A stretch of 63,373 nt of DNA, counting the filler, from Piptocephalis cylindrospora (taxonomy: Eukaryota), in the NCBI GenBank assembly GCA_003614145.1. It is 6 parts of 6 records of this genome, joined end to end, with 100 filler letters (N's around TTAATTAATTAA, not from the genome) between each part and the next. Parts side by side here need not be neighbours in the genome. Positions count along the whole stretch, not along the records: positions 52,992 to 63,373 come from KZ988039.1; 5 more parts are not named here. One strand, given 5' to 3'. How positions within the stretch are numbered: the first letter of the stretch is position 1; each line of letters starts with the position of its first letter. The notes beneath the pieces were generated by a model. The model made no database searches, had not been told where the DNA came from, and worked only from the letters and a program-made list of their open reading frames with translations. Positions 61,683 to 63,373 of this stretch are shown piece by piece. The translations under genes and the position numbers were made by a program.

Positions 61683-62119
61683 ATACTATCACGAGTCTTC
61701 TTTCTCTAAGCGTGGTTGGGGCCTCTAAGCCTATTGGCCTCCTTTCATTTCCCTTTGCAATTATGAGGAGATATTGTGGGCTTAGCCAATGGAGTGTGCT
61801 CCCTATCCCCAGTTGGTGGTAAATAGCGAAATGTATTAGGAGCCATCCTCAGCTGGTCACCATGAAATGTATTATAAGACTCACTAAAACCGAAATGGAA
61901 TGGAATGGTCCACTTTTTAGACAAAAATGAACCCGTTGACCCCACTTTACCTTCTCGCCTGATGCCTCGCGCCAATAAATTCTCCACATATCCACACGCC
62001 CGTATTTCCCCGACATCTGGGGTTCAAGGGCACAAGCCGAGTAATGTAACGTATGTGTGCTCCTTTCTCTCTTCCCCAGCTCCGCTAATCTGAGCAATGT
62101 CTCTCTCTCTCTCCCTCTA

Positions 62120-62145
62120 TGTGTGTGTGTGTGTGTGTGTGTGTG
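62120..62145. repeat. (TG)n microsatellite in the PDA1 promoter region
   Basis: Read directly from the sequence. Confidence 0.9.
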
Positions 62146-62356
62146 CGGTCAAACATAGCAACACGCCTCCCCAATTCTCTTATCTCTCTCACACCCTTCT
62201 TTCACCCACCCGCTCGTCAACTCGCGTCTTTCCACCAAAAGCAAAGACACTGGTGCCGCACCTGCCCTTTTTTCTCTCACTCTCCGACTGGCCTTTCTCT
62301 TCCTCTTCCTCTTCCACTTTCACCTCCTTTTCTTCCTTGTTCCCTTCCTCCACATC

Positions 62357-63373
62357 ATGTTCCGTCCTGCCCAGATCAGCCGACTTGCCTCTTCCCTCAC
62401 CAGGCCTGCCCTGGCCAGGGCTACCACTCCCGCCGTCCAGGCCATCCGACCCATCTCGTCCTCGGCCCTGGAAAAATCCTACACCCTGGACCTTCCCGAG
62501 AGCTCCTTCTCCGCCTACGACTGCGAGGCCCCCTCCCTCCAGGTTGAGGTCTCGGGTGAGAAGCTCATCAACCTCTACCGTCAAATGACCCTTATCCGTC
62601 GTCTGGAGATGGCCGCGGATGCCCTGTACAAGGCCAAGATGATTCGCGGTTTCTGCCATCTCTGCACCGGCCAAGAGGCCGTTCCCGTGGGCATGGAGGA
62701 TGCCATTACCTCTGATGACGCCCTCATCACTGCATACCGCTGCCACGGGTTTACTTACCTTCGTGGGGCTACCCCCACCCAGGTTCTTGCCGAGCTCCTG
62801 GGCCGTCGTGCCGGTATTTCCCAGGGTAAGGGCGGATCCATGCACATGTTTGCCAAGAACTTTTACGGAGGTAACGGTATCGTCGGTGCCCAGGTCCCCG
62901 TGGGTGCTGGCGTCGCCTTCACCCAGCACTACCTGGACCAGCCTAACTTCACCCTAGCCCTCTACGGGGATGGTGCTGCCAACCAGGGTCAGGTCTTTGA
63001 GGCCTACAACATGGCCAAGCTCTGGGATCTCCCCATCGCCTTTGTCTGCGAGAACAACCGTTATGGCATGGGTACCTCCGCCAACCGGTCCTCCGCCTCC
63101 CAGGAATACTACAAGCGCGCTGGATACATCCCCGGTCTCCTCGTCAATGGCATGGACGTCCTGGCTGTCCGATCTGCCGTAGCCTTTGCTCGGGAATGGA
63201 CCACCTCCAAGAAGGGTCCCATTCTCCTTGAGATGGAGACTTACCGGTACGGTGGTCACTCCATGTCCGATCCTGGAACCACCTACCGGACCCGTGAGGA
63301 GATTCAGCACATGCGCTCCACCCGTGATGCCATCACCGGTCTTCGTCAGCGTATCGTTAACCTTGACCTGGCC
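62357..63373 (+). CDS. PDA1: Pyruvate dehydrogenase E1 alpha, mitochondrial; runs off the window end
   Basis: Hand translation: [76 protein letters not shown]. Confidence 0.97.
   Translation, partial: MFRPAQISRLASSLTRPALARATTPAVQAIRPISSSALEKSYTLDLPESSFSAYDCEAPSLQVEVSGEKLINLYRQMTLIRRLEMAADALYKAKMIRGFCHLCTGQEAVPVGMEDAITSDDALITAYRCHGFTYLRGATPTQVLAELLGRRAGISQGKGGSMHMFAKNFYGGNGIVGAQVPVGAGVAFTQHYLDQPNFTLALYGDGAANQGQVFEAYNMAKLWDLPIAFVCENNRYGMGTSANRSSASQEYYKRAGYIPGLLVNGMDVLAVRSAVAFAREWTTSKKGPILLEMETYRYGGHSMSDPGTTYRTREEIQHMRSTRDAITGLRQRIVNLDLA

Overview
Eukaryotic fungal DNA with short GT-AG introns. An early-diverging lineage such as Zoopagomycota/Mucoromycota is likely, but this is inference from gene content. 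The window is not one locus: six size-sorted contigs of about 10.5 kb (1-10558, 10659-21192, 21293-31807, 31908-42404, 42505-52891, 52992-63373) are joined by artificial 100-nt N44-TTAATTAATTAA-N44 spacers. Genes: a secreted Cys-module/poly-acidic protein, an intersectin (EH-CC-SH3-SH3-DH-PH-C2), a focadhesin/RST1-like protein, Dph6, a KH protein, a pepsin-like protease, cytosolic Hsp70, an RS-rich (Prp4-like?) fragment, G-protein gamma, an F-BAR RhoGAP, Lys12, Csl4, Rex2, two CAP-domain genes, a carnitine acyltransferase fragment, Cdc42, a 7TM-RGS receptor, Spt8 and Pda1. Most interesting: (1) a 2.47-kb non-autonomous LTR-type element with short TG..CA LTRs, a polypurine tract and an integrase-tail relic, whose only cargo is an intact, intronless 3-TM membrane protein gene; (2) sequence signals for short/long intersectin isoforms; (3) a secreted acidic protein whose frame continues through TAG/TAA stops next to a RIP-like TpA-rich tract; (4) a five-CAP-domain cytoplasmic protein next to a secreted CAP protein with SPKK repeats.
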